Of a DNA stretch of 64,000 nucleotides, positions 18,647-27,976 are shown piece after piece. The stretch is from Candidatus Zhuqueibacterota bacterium (GTDB taxonomy: Bacteria > Zhuqueibacterota > Zhuqueibacteria > Residuimicrobiales > Krinioviventaceae): contig JAFGKD010000043.1 of the NCBI GenBank assembly GCA_016928775.1, positions 1,834 to 65,833 on the forward strand. Direction: 5' to 3'. The translations under genes and the position numbers were made by a program. Within the stretch, counting starts at the first letter, position 1, and each line of letters starts with the position of its first letter. The notes under the pieces are model-generated. The model did no database searches. It had not been told where the DNA came from and was given only the letters and a program-made list of their open reading frames with translations.

Positions 18647-20007
18647 TCGGGAAATCCAGGACGCTGCCTGAACAGTGGCATCAACAATACTATTTGTCAC
18701 GAGAAAGCTTTTCTCTTACGCATTTTCGTCGATCAGTGGATATGTACATCGACAAACGTTTGTTCACTGTCATTCATTGTGCTTCGATGTACTGGATATT
18801 CTATATTTTTTTGCAACTGTTTGTCTGGAATTCTCAGATACGCGAGTTTTTTGTTCGTTCACATCCTGTTTTCCATATGGGCGCCGGTGCGTTGAGCGAT
18901 GTGATCTGGCTGCCGCTTTCCATTGCACTCCCGATTTACCTCATTATCCTCATCCGAAACATTTTTGCACAATTGATCCTGCGGGAAGGCATCAGTTTTA
19001 TTATTGTTATTGTCTGTGCCGCAAGCATTATCAATATCAATTTTTGGTTTCGAATTCAGTTTCTGCTCATTTGTCTTTTTGTGCTATTTTGGGCGATACA
19101 TATTTACACATCCGGCAGAATCAGCCTACGCTTTCTATTTTTTAGCTTCGCTATTTTGGGAATGATTCTGCATTATAAAGCACAGCTCTTGCCGCCACTG
19201 GCTCGAACCGAACCGCATAAACTGAGCGTGATGTCCTTTAACTTTAATACTCGATCGGCCTACGATGATGAGCGAACCATACAGTTTATCCGCTATCGTA
19301 TACCGGACGTCGTCTTTTTGCAAGAACTGACAATGAAAGAACAAGCATTTATTTTGACCAGGCTGGGTGATTTTTATCCCTATTTTTTATCACCGGCCCC
19401 GCGCATGGGCAAAAATGATGTTATGATACTCTCCAGGAAAAAAATTCTCTATGGAGATCAAATCCCGCTTGCGACGACATATGATACGCCACTTCATGCA
19501 GTCAATCATGCGGTCATTCAACTGGAGGGGCAACAGGTACATCTCCTCAATTGCCATCTACACCACGCCTACAAGCAGCTTTCGGCTTATCTCGCTGCAC
19601 CGGATTCTCTGGTTCTCTATGAAGCGCTTTTGCGAGCCTACAACCAGCAGCAGGAAGAAGCTTCTTTGCTGTTCGAGTATGCGAGCACCTTGTCAGGACC
19701 GATCATTATTGCCGGTGATTTCAACGACACGCCGAACGGCAGTATTTATGCGCTTTTTAATAAAAAGTATCAAAATGCATTTGCCGTCGCTGGCTGGGGT
19801 CTCGGAACGACATTTGGAGAATGGAGCATTCAGAGCGTGCTGCCGCACTTTATGCGTGGGATCGCTTTTGATATATTTCGAATCGATCATTTGTTTTTCT
19901 CAAATGATTTCAATATCCAGCGCGCTCGGGTTGAAAAAATCGCGGCATTCGACCATCAACCACAAATTGTACAAGTGACACTAGAAAAAGGCGTTACAAA
20001 ACCGTGA
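18643..20007 (+). CDS. Polytopic membrane protein with a C-terminal endonuclease/exonuclease/phosphatase (EEP) domain
   Basis: The N-terminal ~200 aa carry 5-6 hydrophobic helices. The C-terminus has EEP hallmarks (SVMSFNFNTR…VVFLQELT…IIAGDFNDTPNGS…DHQP). It overlaps the pmbA stop by 4 nt. Confidence 0.6.
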   Translation: MIGKSRTLPEQWHQQYYLSRESFSLTHFRRSVDMYIDKRLFTVIHCASMYWIFYIFLQLFVWNSQIREFFVRSHPVFHMGAGALSDVIWLPLSIALPIYLIILIRNIFAQLILREGISFIIVIVCAASIININFWFRIQFLLICLFVLFWAIHIYTSGRISLRFLFFSFAILGMILHYKAQLLPPLARTEPHKLSVMSFNFNTRSAYDDERTIQFIRYRIPDVVFLQELTMKEQAFILTRLGDFYPYFLSPAPRMGKNDVMILSRKKILYGDQIPLATTYDTPLHAVNHAVIQLEGQQVHLLNCHLHHAYKQLSAYLAAPDSLVLYEALLRAYNQQQEEASLLFEYASTLSGPIIIAGDFNDTPNGSIYALFNKKYQNAFAVAGWGLGTTFGEWSIQSVLPHFMRGIAFDIFRIDHLFFSNDFNIQRARVEKIAAFDHQPQIVQVTLEKGVTKP

Positions 20008-20022
20008 TGGGAGTGTCTCCGC

Positions 20023-20655
20023 CTATTCGATGAGAGTGAAAATCTCGTCGATTGATTTTTTGTCACGTGATTTTGGTTGACCCTCAGGCTCACCTACAGC
20101 CACGGCTGCAGCCAATTCTGCTGGCGCTTGAATATCAAGCAGCTCTTCCAGCTCCTTTTGTGCGACCAACAGACCGCTGAGCCAGCATCCGCCGTATCCC
20201 AGGTCGACCGCCGACAGCAATATATTCTCGATAGCAGCCCCGATGCTTTGAATATCCGGATGCTGGCGCATGGCATTGATGTCATCATGATTCAAAGCGG
20301 CATCGGCTATAGCTTTATATGGTGTGTTAGCCACAACAATGAGAGCCGGGGCATTCTCAAAAATAGTCGAAAAATGTTCGACCGTTTTCATGACATTGTC
20401 TTTGCCGGTTTTTTCGAAAACTTTATGAATTTTTTCGTGCACAATTCCTGCCATTTTTCCAATAAGTGATTTGTTGGTTACGGCGATAAATTGCCATGGT
20501 TGCGCGTTGTTCACACTTGGCGCCAGGCCGGCCCGTCGTACAAGCTCTCTCAGAACTTCAACAGGTACCGGGGTTGATTTGAATTTACGCACGCTGTGCC
20601 GCTGTTCGATCGCAGTTTTAACGTCCATTTGCACCTCAACTTTTTTTGTTTTCAT
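20023..20655 (-). CDS. Nitroreductase-family protein
   Basis: Nitroreductase-family N-terminus (AIEQRHSVRKF…VLRELVRRAGLAPSVNNAQPWQFIAV), 210 aa. Confidence 0.8.
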   Translation of the reverse strand: MKTKKVEVQMDVKTAIEQRHSVRKFKSTPVPVEVLRELVRRAGLAPSVNNAQPWQFIAVTNKSLIGKMAGIVHEKIHKVFEKTGKDNVMKTVEHFSTIFENAPALIVVANTPYKAIADAALNHDDINAMRQHPDIQSIGAAIENILLSAVDLGYGGCWLSGLLVAQKELEELLDIQAPAELAAAVAVGEPEGQPKSRDKKSIDEIFTLIE

Positions 20656-20727
20656 TTAGTGAGCACCATCATCCCTCTAAAGCTGGTCGTTTGCCATTCT
20701 TGCAAGGATATGTTGACGCCAAGGACT

Positions 20728-22065
20728 CTAATCCTTCACACACCGAATGGATAATCCATCACGCTTTTGACCGTACCCCCGATAGACTTCCGCGGTCAGC
20801 CAACTCAGCTGACGATACCACGAGGCACTACTTATTACTTCCGTAAAAGTCCAGAAATAGGCCTGGTATTCAAAATTTTCAAAATCACCGTTGTCACGAC
20901 GATAGCCTGCCGGTAACGCGCACAATCCACTTGTATTTGTGGCACCGGTATTGGGACTCTCCCAATGGGCATAACCCGCTTCTTTCATTTTTCCGCCTAC
21001 ATCTGTTCCTCGCCAACTCTCGGCATCGGCTTGTACACGACTCAAACCGAGATAAATTTCCAGCTGCTTCCAGTCCTCGTCCGTCGGAACATGCCAACCA
21101 ACCGGGGCAATGTTGCGACTGTCATTCACTGCATACCAGTTATATAAATATCCAAAAGTGTCTTTCAATCTCTCGTTAGTGGTTAAAGCACAATAGGCAG
21201 CGGTGTTTAAATCGCTCCATTCCAAATCGTCAGTCACTTTGGGTATGGATTCACCGTTTCGGTAGCGGGTCACTTTCAAGTTTTCCGCCATCCACCATTG
21301 ATCTCCGATTTTGACAATGCGATATAAATTCCCGTCGATATCTGAAATGGGTGCTACTTTGGGGATAACCGTAATATAGAGCAGCGTATCCGAATCGATG
21401 AGTAGCCTGTGATGTTCATAGGTTTCAATATTTTCACCGGTGATTCGCAATGTATATTCCCGTGCGATGCGACTTGCACCATTCTTGTCAAGTCCTGCAG
21501 CGATACTGACAGATGGAGTTATGCTGCCGCTCCCCCTGGCATGTGCCAAAAGGAGCATTTTTCGGTTCAATCTGATTTTGTCAGACGTCAAAGTACAGAC
21601 ATAGACGCCGGCTGGAACGGGGTGGCCACGTTCATCGATACCATCCCACCTGATGTGCTGCAAAGTATTCACCTGAAAGCCACTGAATAGTGTTTTTACC
21701 TTTTGCCCCAGGGTGTTATAGATCACGACACTGATCTCTGATGGCTGCGATAATTGCCATGTTATGAACGTTGATGGGTGAAACGGATTTGGATAATTCT
21801 GAAACAATTGAAAATCTGCTGGCTGCTGTGCCGTCATTTCCTCGACACTCGTTTCTATTTGAAAAATAAATTGCCCGTTTTCATCTGTATAATCCTGATC
21901 ATTACGATTAGGATCAGCCAGGTCGACTAATTCAACCCTGGCGTTCGCAACCGGTTTCGGATCTGTGTCGGTGACCAAACCCGTGAACGTTATATTACCT
22001 GATGCGGTTTTCATGAATGCAAAAAGAAAGAACAGGATAAAATCGATACATTTCAAGGTTTTCAT
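20728..22065 (-). CDS. Secreted multidomain protein: signal peptide, CarboxypepD_reg-like domain, an internal T9SS-CTD-like domain, then a Fibrobacter-succinogenes-major-paralogous (FSMP) domain
   Basis: Signal peptide MKTLKCIDFILFFLFAFMKTASG. An internal NYPNPFHPSTFITWQLSQPSEISVVIYNTLGQKVKTL…KIRLNRKMLLL segment falls at about aa 90-170. The C-terminal 200 aa match the FSMP pattern (GNLYRIVKIGDQWWMAENL…YLYNWYAV…GWHVPTDEDW…GLSIRCVKD). Confidence 0.65.
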   Translation of the reverse strand: MKTLKCIDFILFFLFAFMKTASGNITFTGLVTDTDPKPVANARVELVDLADPNRNDQDYTDENGQFIFQIETSVEEMTAQQPADFQLFQNYPNPFHPSTFITWQLSQPSEISVVIYNTLGQKVKTLFSGFQVNTLQHIRWDGIDERGHPVPAGVYVCTLTSDKIRLNRKMLLLAHARGSGSITPSVSIAAGLDKNGASRIAREYTLRITGENIETYEHHRLLIDSDTLLYITVIPKVAPISDIDGNLYRIVKIGDQWWMAENLKVTRYRNGESIPKVTDDLEWSDLNTAAYCALTTNERLKDTFGYLYNWYAVNDSRNIAPVGWHVPTDEDWKQLEIYLGLSRVQADAESWRGTDVGGKMKEAGYAHWESPNTGATNTSGLCALPAGYRRDNGDFENFEYQAYFWTFTEVISSASWYRQLSWLTAEVYRGYGQKRDGLSIRCVKD

Positions 22066-22090
22066 ATAACCTCCCGCAATAATTTGTTTC

Positions 22091-24319
22091 CTATCGCATT
22101 AATATCATCTTTTTGGTCGCAACGACTTTGTCGTCCAGTCGTAGTTGATAGCAGTATATACCGCTGGGGAGAATCCCGGCGTCAAAAGTGATCGAATGCT
22201 CACCGGCAGCCTGAAATTCTTTCACGAGAGTGGCGACCAGAGTGCCTGACATAGTATAGATTTTTAATGTGACAGAGCCGGAATGGGACAATGTATAGCT
22301 TAGCGTCGTGCTATTGTTAAATGGATTCGGGTAATTTTGCCCGAGTGACAAAGTACGGGGTATTGTTTCCCGCTGTTGCCGCAGACCGGTAACGAGATTA
22401 TTGCGGATAATATAGAGACCATCGTCGCCATCAGCTACATAGACGTCCCGGCCCTTGACCGCTACACCATATGGGATGTCACCGGTTGCATAAGATCCGG
22501 CAAGAAACGGCGAGCCGGGATTGGAAATATCAATAATAGTCAAGCCGGCAGTACCCACACAGTAAGCGTAATCACCGCTCACCGCTATGTCATAGCTATA
22601 ATTATAAGCATTAGCTCGGCAAACTTCAACAGGCAACGCCGGATCGGAGACATCGAAGATGCGGAGATACCCGCACGTCATATAGGCATACCCATTGCTA
22701 ACAGCTACGCCTGTCGGTTCACCGCCTGTACACTCACCCACATCTACTGGATTGGTCGGATCTGCAATATCCAAAATGCGTAATCCGTTATAGCGGATGG
22801 ACAAATAGGCATAATGACCATCGATCGCCACATCACTCGTCCACCAGCCATTGCAAAAATTGCATACCTCGAAAGGATTGGTCGGATCGGATACATCGAT
22901 GATGCGTACGAGTCCCCATTCATGGCTTTTATCCAAGGCAAAGACAAAATTGCCGTACATGGTGACGTCATGGATAAAATTATAGACTTCAAAAGCGCCG
23001 ACCTCGACGGGGTTGGCGGGATTGGAGATATTGATTATTCGCAAATCAGCAGCGCCGTCCGCCACATAGGCGTAATCCCCACTGAGGGCGATATCTGTTG
23101 GGCAACCGGGAGTATCACAAAAACCGACATTTTTGAGCTGGCCAGGATCTGAAATATCGATGATACGTAATCCGTAACATTGTTCAGCGAGATAGGCATA
23201 GCGGCCGCGCACAGCGACACTCTCGATGCTGCCGCTGGTATGGATAAAGCTGACTTGAGACGGAGCGCTCTTGTCTGCAATATCGACCACAACTAAACCA
23301 CTACCGCATGCCACGTAAGCGTACGTGCCGAAGAGGCTCACACCGTAAGGAGAACCGGGTACATTAAAACGACCGACTTGCGAGGGATGATGCGGATCTG
23401 CAACATTCAGGATGAACAGTGTACCGCTACGATCGCACAAATAGACGTAAGCATCCCGGATTGCCAGTTCATGGACGCGGACCGGATAATCAAAGTTAAA
23501 CCTTCCGACCTCGGCAGGATGAGTCGGAGAGGAAATATCGATAATGATCAATTTGTAGTACGAGATATCACTCACTGTCACATACGCATATGTCCCATCG
23601 ACGACGACGTCCTCAGCACTGTCTTCCGTATCGCAGGTACCGACAATAACGGGATTGCCGATATCTGATATATCAAAAATATGCATAAAGTTATCGTCTG
23701 CAATATAAACAAACGTGCCACTGACAGTTATACCAGAGGCATCAAAGAAATCAAGCAAGCTCGACTGAAACGGATTGGCCGGATCGGAGATGTTGATGAT
23801 GCTCAGACCTCTCCATCTATCAAGCACATAAGCATAATCACCACTGACAGCCAGGTCCTGTACAGAGTCTCCGGTATAAATAGAACCCTCAATGAAAGGA
23901 TGAGTCGGAGCCGAGACATCAACTATCTGCAATCCAAAATTGGTCACGGCAACGAAAACATGCGTATCATTGGCGACGATATATTGCACACTACCCGGCA
24001 ACATTAATTGGCTTAATTTTATCGGTATAGTTGGATCAGAGACATCTGCGATTTCAAGAGAGGCACCATTGCCGAAAAAGGCCAATTCACGTTGTACATC
24101 AACATCATAACATGGGCCGCAAGCCCATCGGCCAACGAGTGTGGTGTTGCTATCCCTGGCGCTGTGGTGCACGGTGTTGACGAGCGCTCTTTGGTCTTTG
24201 GTGTGGATGTGTGATTTCAAGTATGTGTCCGGGGAAGGAGTGGAGCGTGTTATGCCCGGTTTGACGAACGCTGCAAAAACGAGAAACAGGCTCAAAGTCT
24301 TGATGTTCACTGTGAGCAT
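22091..24319 (-). CDS. LVIVD-repeat beta-propeller protein with a T9SS C-terminal sorting domain
   Basis: Repeated ~45-aa units (…YAYV.D…GL.IIDISDP.NP…). C-terminus NYPNPFNNSTTLSYTL…VTLKIYTMSGTLVATL. The start was reassigned to ATG 24319 (MLTVNIKTLSLFLVFAAFV signal, AGGAGG RBS), rather than the ORF-track start at 24481. Confidence 0.7.
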   Translation of the reverse strand: MLTVNIKTLSLFLVFAAFVKPGITRSTPSPDTYLKSHIHTKDQRALVNTVHHSARDSNTTLVGRWACGPCYDVDVQRELAFFGNGASLEIADVSDPTIPIKLSQLMLPGSVQYIVANDTHVFVAVTNFGLQIVDVSAPTHPFIEGSIYTGDSVQDLAVSGDYAYVLDRWRGLSIINISDPANPFQSSLLDFFDASGITVSGTFVYIADDNFMHIFDISDIGNPVIVGTCDTEDSAEDVVVDGTYAYVTVSDISYYKLIIIDISSPTHPAEVGRFNFDYPVRVHELAIRDAYVYLCDRSGTLFILNVADPHHPSQVGRFNVPGSPYGVSLFGTYAYVACGSGLVVVDIADKSAPSQVSFIHTSGSIESVAVRGRYAYLAEQCYGLRIIDISDPGQLKNVGFCDTPGCPTDIALSGDYAYVADGAADLRIINISNPANPVEVGAFEVYNFIHDVTMYGNFVFALDKSHEWGLVRIIDVSDPTNPFEVCNFCNGWWTSDVAIDGHYAYLSIRYNGLRILDIADPTNPVDVGECTGGEPTGVAVSNGYAYMTCGYLRIFDVSDPALPVEVCRANAYNYSYDIAVSGDYAYCVGTAGLTIIDISNPGSPFLAGSYATGDIPYGVAVKGRDVYVADGDDGLYIIRNNLVTGLRQQRETIPRTLSLGQNYPNPFNNSTTLSYTLSHSGSVTLKIYTMSGTLVATLVKEFQAAGEHSITFDAGILPSGIYCYQLRLDDKVVATKKMILMR

Positions 24320-24530
24320 CGTGGCCTCCTGGACTATTTTTCTTACCTGAATAATGCAGTAACTTACAACAAATATCACATTCTGTTTCATCCAGAATAT
24401 CCCAAAAACCGTGATGCAGAACATTTCTTCACGCTCCTCAAGCGGAAAATCGGGGGTACATAATTCATGCTTGTGTTTCACGCGGTTTTTTTATATAATA
24501 ATCCGGTGAAAATTCAAGGAAAGGTCATGA

Positions 24531-26807
24531 ATGGCCACATTATTCAAGCGCATTTTGTTTATTATTCTCTTTGTTCCGACGTTGCTCGCACCCGCCGAAC
24601 CATCCGACACCTACTATCGCACCTTGCGAGAGGGTATTCGTTTATATCGAGCGAATTTGCTGAACGATGCGAAACGAGTGTTCCGGGAGTTACATAAAGA
24701 GCACGAGGATAGCCTCGTCGTCATCCGCTATCTGATGCGTATCACCATTCATCAGCAGCAATGGGGAGACGCCAAAGACTGGTGCCAGGAAATTTTAGAC
24801 CAGCAAAAAGATGATGTGCAGGCACACTATTATCTCGGCATTGCGTATCGCGAAACCGGTAAATATAAAGCATTTATATTGCAGGGACGCGATTGGCGAC
24901 GAGCCGAGCGAAGTTTTCTGTTTGTTATAGACAATTATGGACATTATAAAGATATATATTATCAATATGCGTTGTTGAAAAATTACTGGAAAGACTATGC
25001 GCGTGCGGTGGAGCTGGCTGAGACACAATTAATGCATGCTCCTAACGACACGGCCTATAGCGGAGTACATCGATTTTATCAATCGTTTTTATACAACCAG
25101 TCAAAAGATTTTCACGAATGGTCTCTCAAACGCTCTGGACATCGTAATGCCTTGTATCTCGGGGAGAGTTATCGACATCGCAATGAATTCCTCAAAGCGG
25201 ATTCGATCTTTCATGTTCTCGCACAAACGGCCGCTGACATCTCCGGCGTTCCACTCTATATCGCTCTGGCAAAGGTGAAATATCAGTTGCAGCAGGAGGA
25301 TTCGAGTCAATTTTATTATGAAAAAGCGATCAGGAGCATCGCCAGCAATGTCGATGCCGCACTCATGTTTGAGGATATGAAATACATCATGTCTGATGCA
25401 GAGTGGTTCGAGTACCGTGATCTGACGAGTTACATTGAAAAACGCGCTTTTTTTGAACGGATGTGGCTTGCCCGAAATCCGACGCCGGCTTCGAAAATAA
25501 ATTATCGTATCATCGAACATATGCGTCGCGTTATTCGTACCGAAAAAGATTTTTTTTACGATGGCGTGCGTTCGCAGGTCAATAATCCGGACAAGCTGAA
25601 TTACCTCTCCTTTCCACGCGTTTTTGAATTGAATGACAAGTATAACGACAAGGGTCTGGTTTATATTCGTCATGGTGAAGCGGATGATCGGGCATTTACG
25701 TTGCAGGCTGAGGCGCTGAACGAAACCTGGGTTTATTATCCGCGCGGCCAATTAAATCAAAAATTCATGTTTCATTTTTGGCAAGATGACAATATGGCCG
25801 GCAATAACTGGCGCTTTATTCCCTCTATTCCGCAGTATATGGCCGAGAGTCGTTTGACCATGGATCCCATTTTTGGCCGTCTGTATACAGCCAATACGCT
25901 GGAAGCCCTGGCAATCGATCAGGAAATGAAAATTCAATCGCATGATATTGTTGAAACTGCCATGAATACGGATCAGCATTCCTGGGAAGATCAGCTGCGC
26001 TCCATCATTTTTCCATTTTATCTCGCCACTTTTCGCGAGGCGCCGAATCTGTCGAGATGCGAACTGTATTATTCTTTGAAAAAAGATGATCTCTTGCCGC
26101 CAAATGCAGCACACACCGCGCAAGACACTGTGGCGATCAGCTTTGCTGCTTTTGATATGGAATACAATCTGGCTGAACGCCTCGATAATAATGTACAAAT
26201 AAAGGATATTGTCGATAGCTCGGAAACCATGGGCTATTGGCCATCTCAATTCAATTTTATCAGCCCGCCCGGCTCTTATCAGCTCGCCCTGGATATTCAA
26301 ACACCGAGTGGTGAAGCGATTGGCGGCTATAAATTTCGATTCAGCATGTCCGACTATGCTGAAGAAAGCATGAACATGAGTGGCCTCGTTTTGGCACATG
26401 CGATCAGACCGGCAAGCCAGCAGAACATTTTTTATAAAAACGGATTTACCGTCATTCCCAATCCAGGCAAAGTTTATGATCGAAAAAAGCCGATCGATAT
26501 TTATTTTGAACTGTACAATGTATCCGAGGGTAACGGGAAAAGACAAAATTTCATTGTTCGTTACCAGGTGCGATTGCTGGAAGAGCGATCCCGCGGTCTG
26601 GTGCAAAGAATCGGCCGTATCTTCCGGCGTTCACAACCCTCCATTTCAAATGAGGTGGAGCGGGAAACAACCACACCAACATCTGTCGAATATATCGCGC
26701 TTGATCTCGGCAAAAATGTGCCGGGAATTTACGAATTGAATGTGTCGGCATTTATCCCCGGCAAACAGGACACCGCATCCCGCAAGATAAATTTTGAGCT
26801 AAAATGA
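24531..26807 (+). CDS. Secreted TPR-like / GWxTD-like domain protein (hypothetical)
   Basis: N-terminal signal peptide and TPR-like helical repeats. The central region resembles GWxTD-type domains seen in T9SS-bearing genomes; this is a weak call. The antisense ORFs 25101-25751 and 25752-26606 look like junk. Confidence 0.4.
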   Translation: MATLFKRILFIILFVPTLLAPAEPSDTYYRTLREGIRLYRANLLNDAKRVFRELHKEHEDSLVVIRYLMRITIHQQQWGDAKDWCQEILDQQKDDVQAHYYLGIAYRETGKYKAFILQGRDWRRAERSFLFVIDNYGHYKDIYYQYALLKNYWKDYARAVELAETQLMHAPNDTAYSGVHRFYQSFLYNQSKDFHEWSLKRSGHRNALYLGESYRHRNEFLKADSIFHVLAQTAADISGVPLYIALAKVKYQLQQEDSSQFYYEKAIRSIASNVDAALMFEDMKYIMSDAEWFEYRDLTSYIEKRAFFERMWLARNPTPASKINYRIIEHMRRVIRTEKDFFYDGVRSQVNNPDKLNYLSFPRVFELNDKYNDKGLVYIRHGEADDRAFTLQAEALNETWVYYPRGQLNQKFMFHFWQDDNMAGNNWRFIPSIPQYMAESRLTMDPIFGRLYTANTLEALAIDQEMKIQSHDIVETAMNTDQHSWEDQLRSIIFPFYLATFREAPNLSRCELYYSLKKDDLLPPNAAHTAQDTVAISFAAFDMEYNLAERLDNNVQIKDIVDSSETMGYWPSQFNFISPPGSYQLALDIQTPSGEAIGGYKFRFSMSDYAEESMNMSGLVLAHAIRPASQQNIFYKNGFTVIPNPGKVYDRKKPIDIYFELYNVSEGNGKRQNFIVRYQVRLLEERSRGLVQRIGRIFRRSQPSISNEVERETTTPTSVEYIALDLGKNVPGIYELNVSAFIPGKQDTASRKINFELK

Positions 26808-27508
26808 ACGACTACCAATCAGTGCACGCTGAAATTGATCTGCTGGAAAAGCTTTATCCGTATATCATACCAAAATATCATGAGGCGCACGACATTTTGG
26901 TGTCCATGCTCGATTTTGCGCAAACGCAGGACATCCGTCTCGCTGATCTGGGGTGTGGCTTTGGCCATTTGACCAAAAGAATCATCGACACCTTCCCTTC
27001 AAGTGTGGTTTTTGGCATTGACAAACAACCGTTTATTTTGCAGCGAGCCCAAGAAAGATTGCAGGATCGACTCGACCAGGTTGTATTTTATGAGCGCAAT
27101 TTGAACAATACAGCCTGGCAAAAAGATATCGACCATGTTCATGCGATTGTCTCGTCTTTTACGCTCGATTATCTCCCCAGGGAAAGGCATCAGCAGATTT
27201 TGGATGAAGCGTATGCGATCATCGAACCCGGTGGCCGTTGGGTGTCGTGCGAATTTTTCCGTTCCGAAGATAATCGAGTCAATCGAATTTTTCATGATAT
27301 GGAGATGGCATTTATCCGCAGCGCGCTTGAGCGGGGTGAAGTGACGCGCGAGCAAATTGATCAGCTCGGAAAATCATCGATTCTTCGTCAGGATCATTTT
27401 GTTGTGACGGTGGCGCAAAAGATGGCATGGTTGAAGAATAGTGGCTTTAAAACACTTGAGGTGCCGTGGCGTTTTTTGAATCTGGCGATCATCAGTGCGG
27501 TGCGCTAA
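26804..27508 (+). CDS. Class I SAM-dependent methyltransferase
   Basis: Motif I (LADLGCGFGHLT). 234 aa. It overlaps the upstream gene's stop by 4 nt. Confidence 0.7.
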   Translation: MNDYQSVHAEIDLLEKLYPYIIPKYHEAHDILVSMLDFAQTQDIRLADLGCGFGHLTKRIIDTFPSSVVFGIDKQPFILQRAQERLQDRLDQVVFYERNLNNTAWQKDIDHVHAIVSSFTLDYLPRERHQQILDEAYAIIEPGGRWVSCEFFRSEDNRVNRIFHDMEMAFIRSALERGEVTREQIDQLGKSSILRQDHFVVTVAQKMAWLKNSGFKTLEVPWRFLNLAIISAVR

Positions 27509-27543
27509 GTACATCGTTTCGTAAATAAAATGACATATTATTA

Positions 27544-27572
27544 TTGACATGATAGCAGGATGATAGTATAAA
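27544..27572 (+). promoter_or_regulatory. Canonical sigma70-like promoter (TTGACA-N17-TATAAA) with no annotated gene downstream
   Basis: TTGACA at 27544-27549, an exact 17-nt spacer, and TATAAA at 27567-27572. It is flanked by TGACAT x2 and TGATAG x2 direct repeats. Confidence 0.4.
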
Positions 27573-27931
27573 AGAAAATGATTGCTCCATTAACCCAGAA
27601 AAGCAGTGCTTGTTTGGAGTGCATTCTCTTCGTGAATGCATGACGGCGAAACTGTCAAGTTTGGTGAGCGCATCCATAACAGTTTTCCTAACTCGCGGTC
27701 AGTGGTCCGCGTGAATTCACACAGTGAATTCACTCCAAAAGAGTATCAAATTCAATAGACGAAAATATAGAGCAATCAAAGTAATGAGCTTTTGAGTGTT
27801 TTTCCTGTGCTAATAGAGTAATCATTTAAAAGAAAAATCCGCTAAATCAAAAAGCGAAATTTTAGCCTGAAAGTTTAATTGGTGAATTATTTGACCGCGA
27901 CCGGTAAAGATGTTGGTCTTTTAATATCAAT

Positions 27932-27969
27932 ATATCAGCCTGATCCCGCATGCAAGATCAGGCTGATAT
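27932..27969. terminator. Strong hairpin, a bidirectional intrinsic terminator in a convergent gap
   Basis: A perfect 14-bp stem (ATATCAGCCTGATC / GATCAGGCTGATAT) with a 10-nt loop, 8 nt beyond the stop of the minus-strand gene that ends at 27977. Confidence 0.7.
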
Positions 27970-27976
27970 GAGTTGA

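Noticed and set aside
25101-26606. Two long minus-strand ORFs (216 and 284 aa) inside 24531-26807
   Set aside because: They are antisense to a plus-strand gene that has a signal peptide, TPR-like repeats and an RBS. Their sequences are low-complexity and junk-like, with no RBS.
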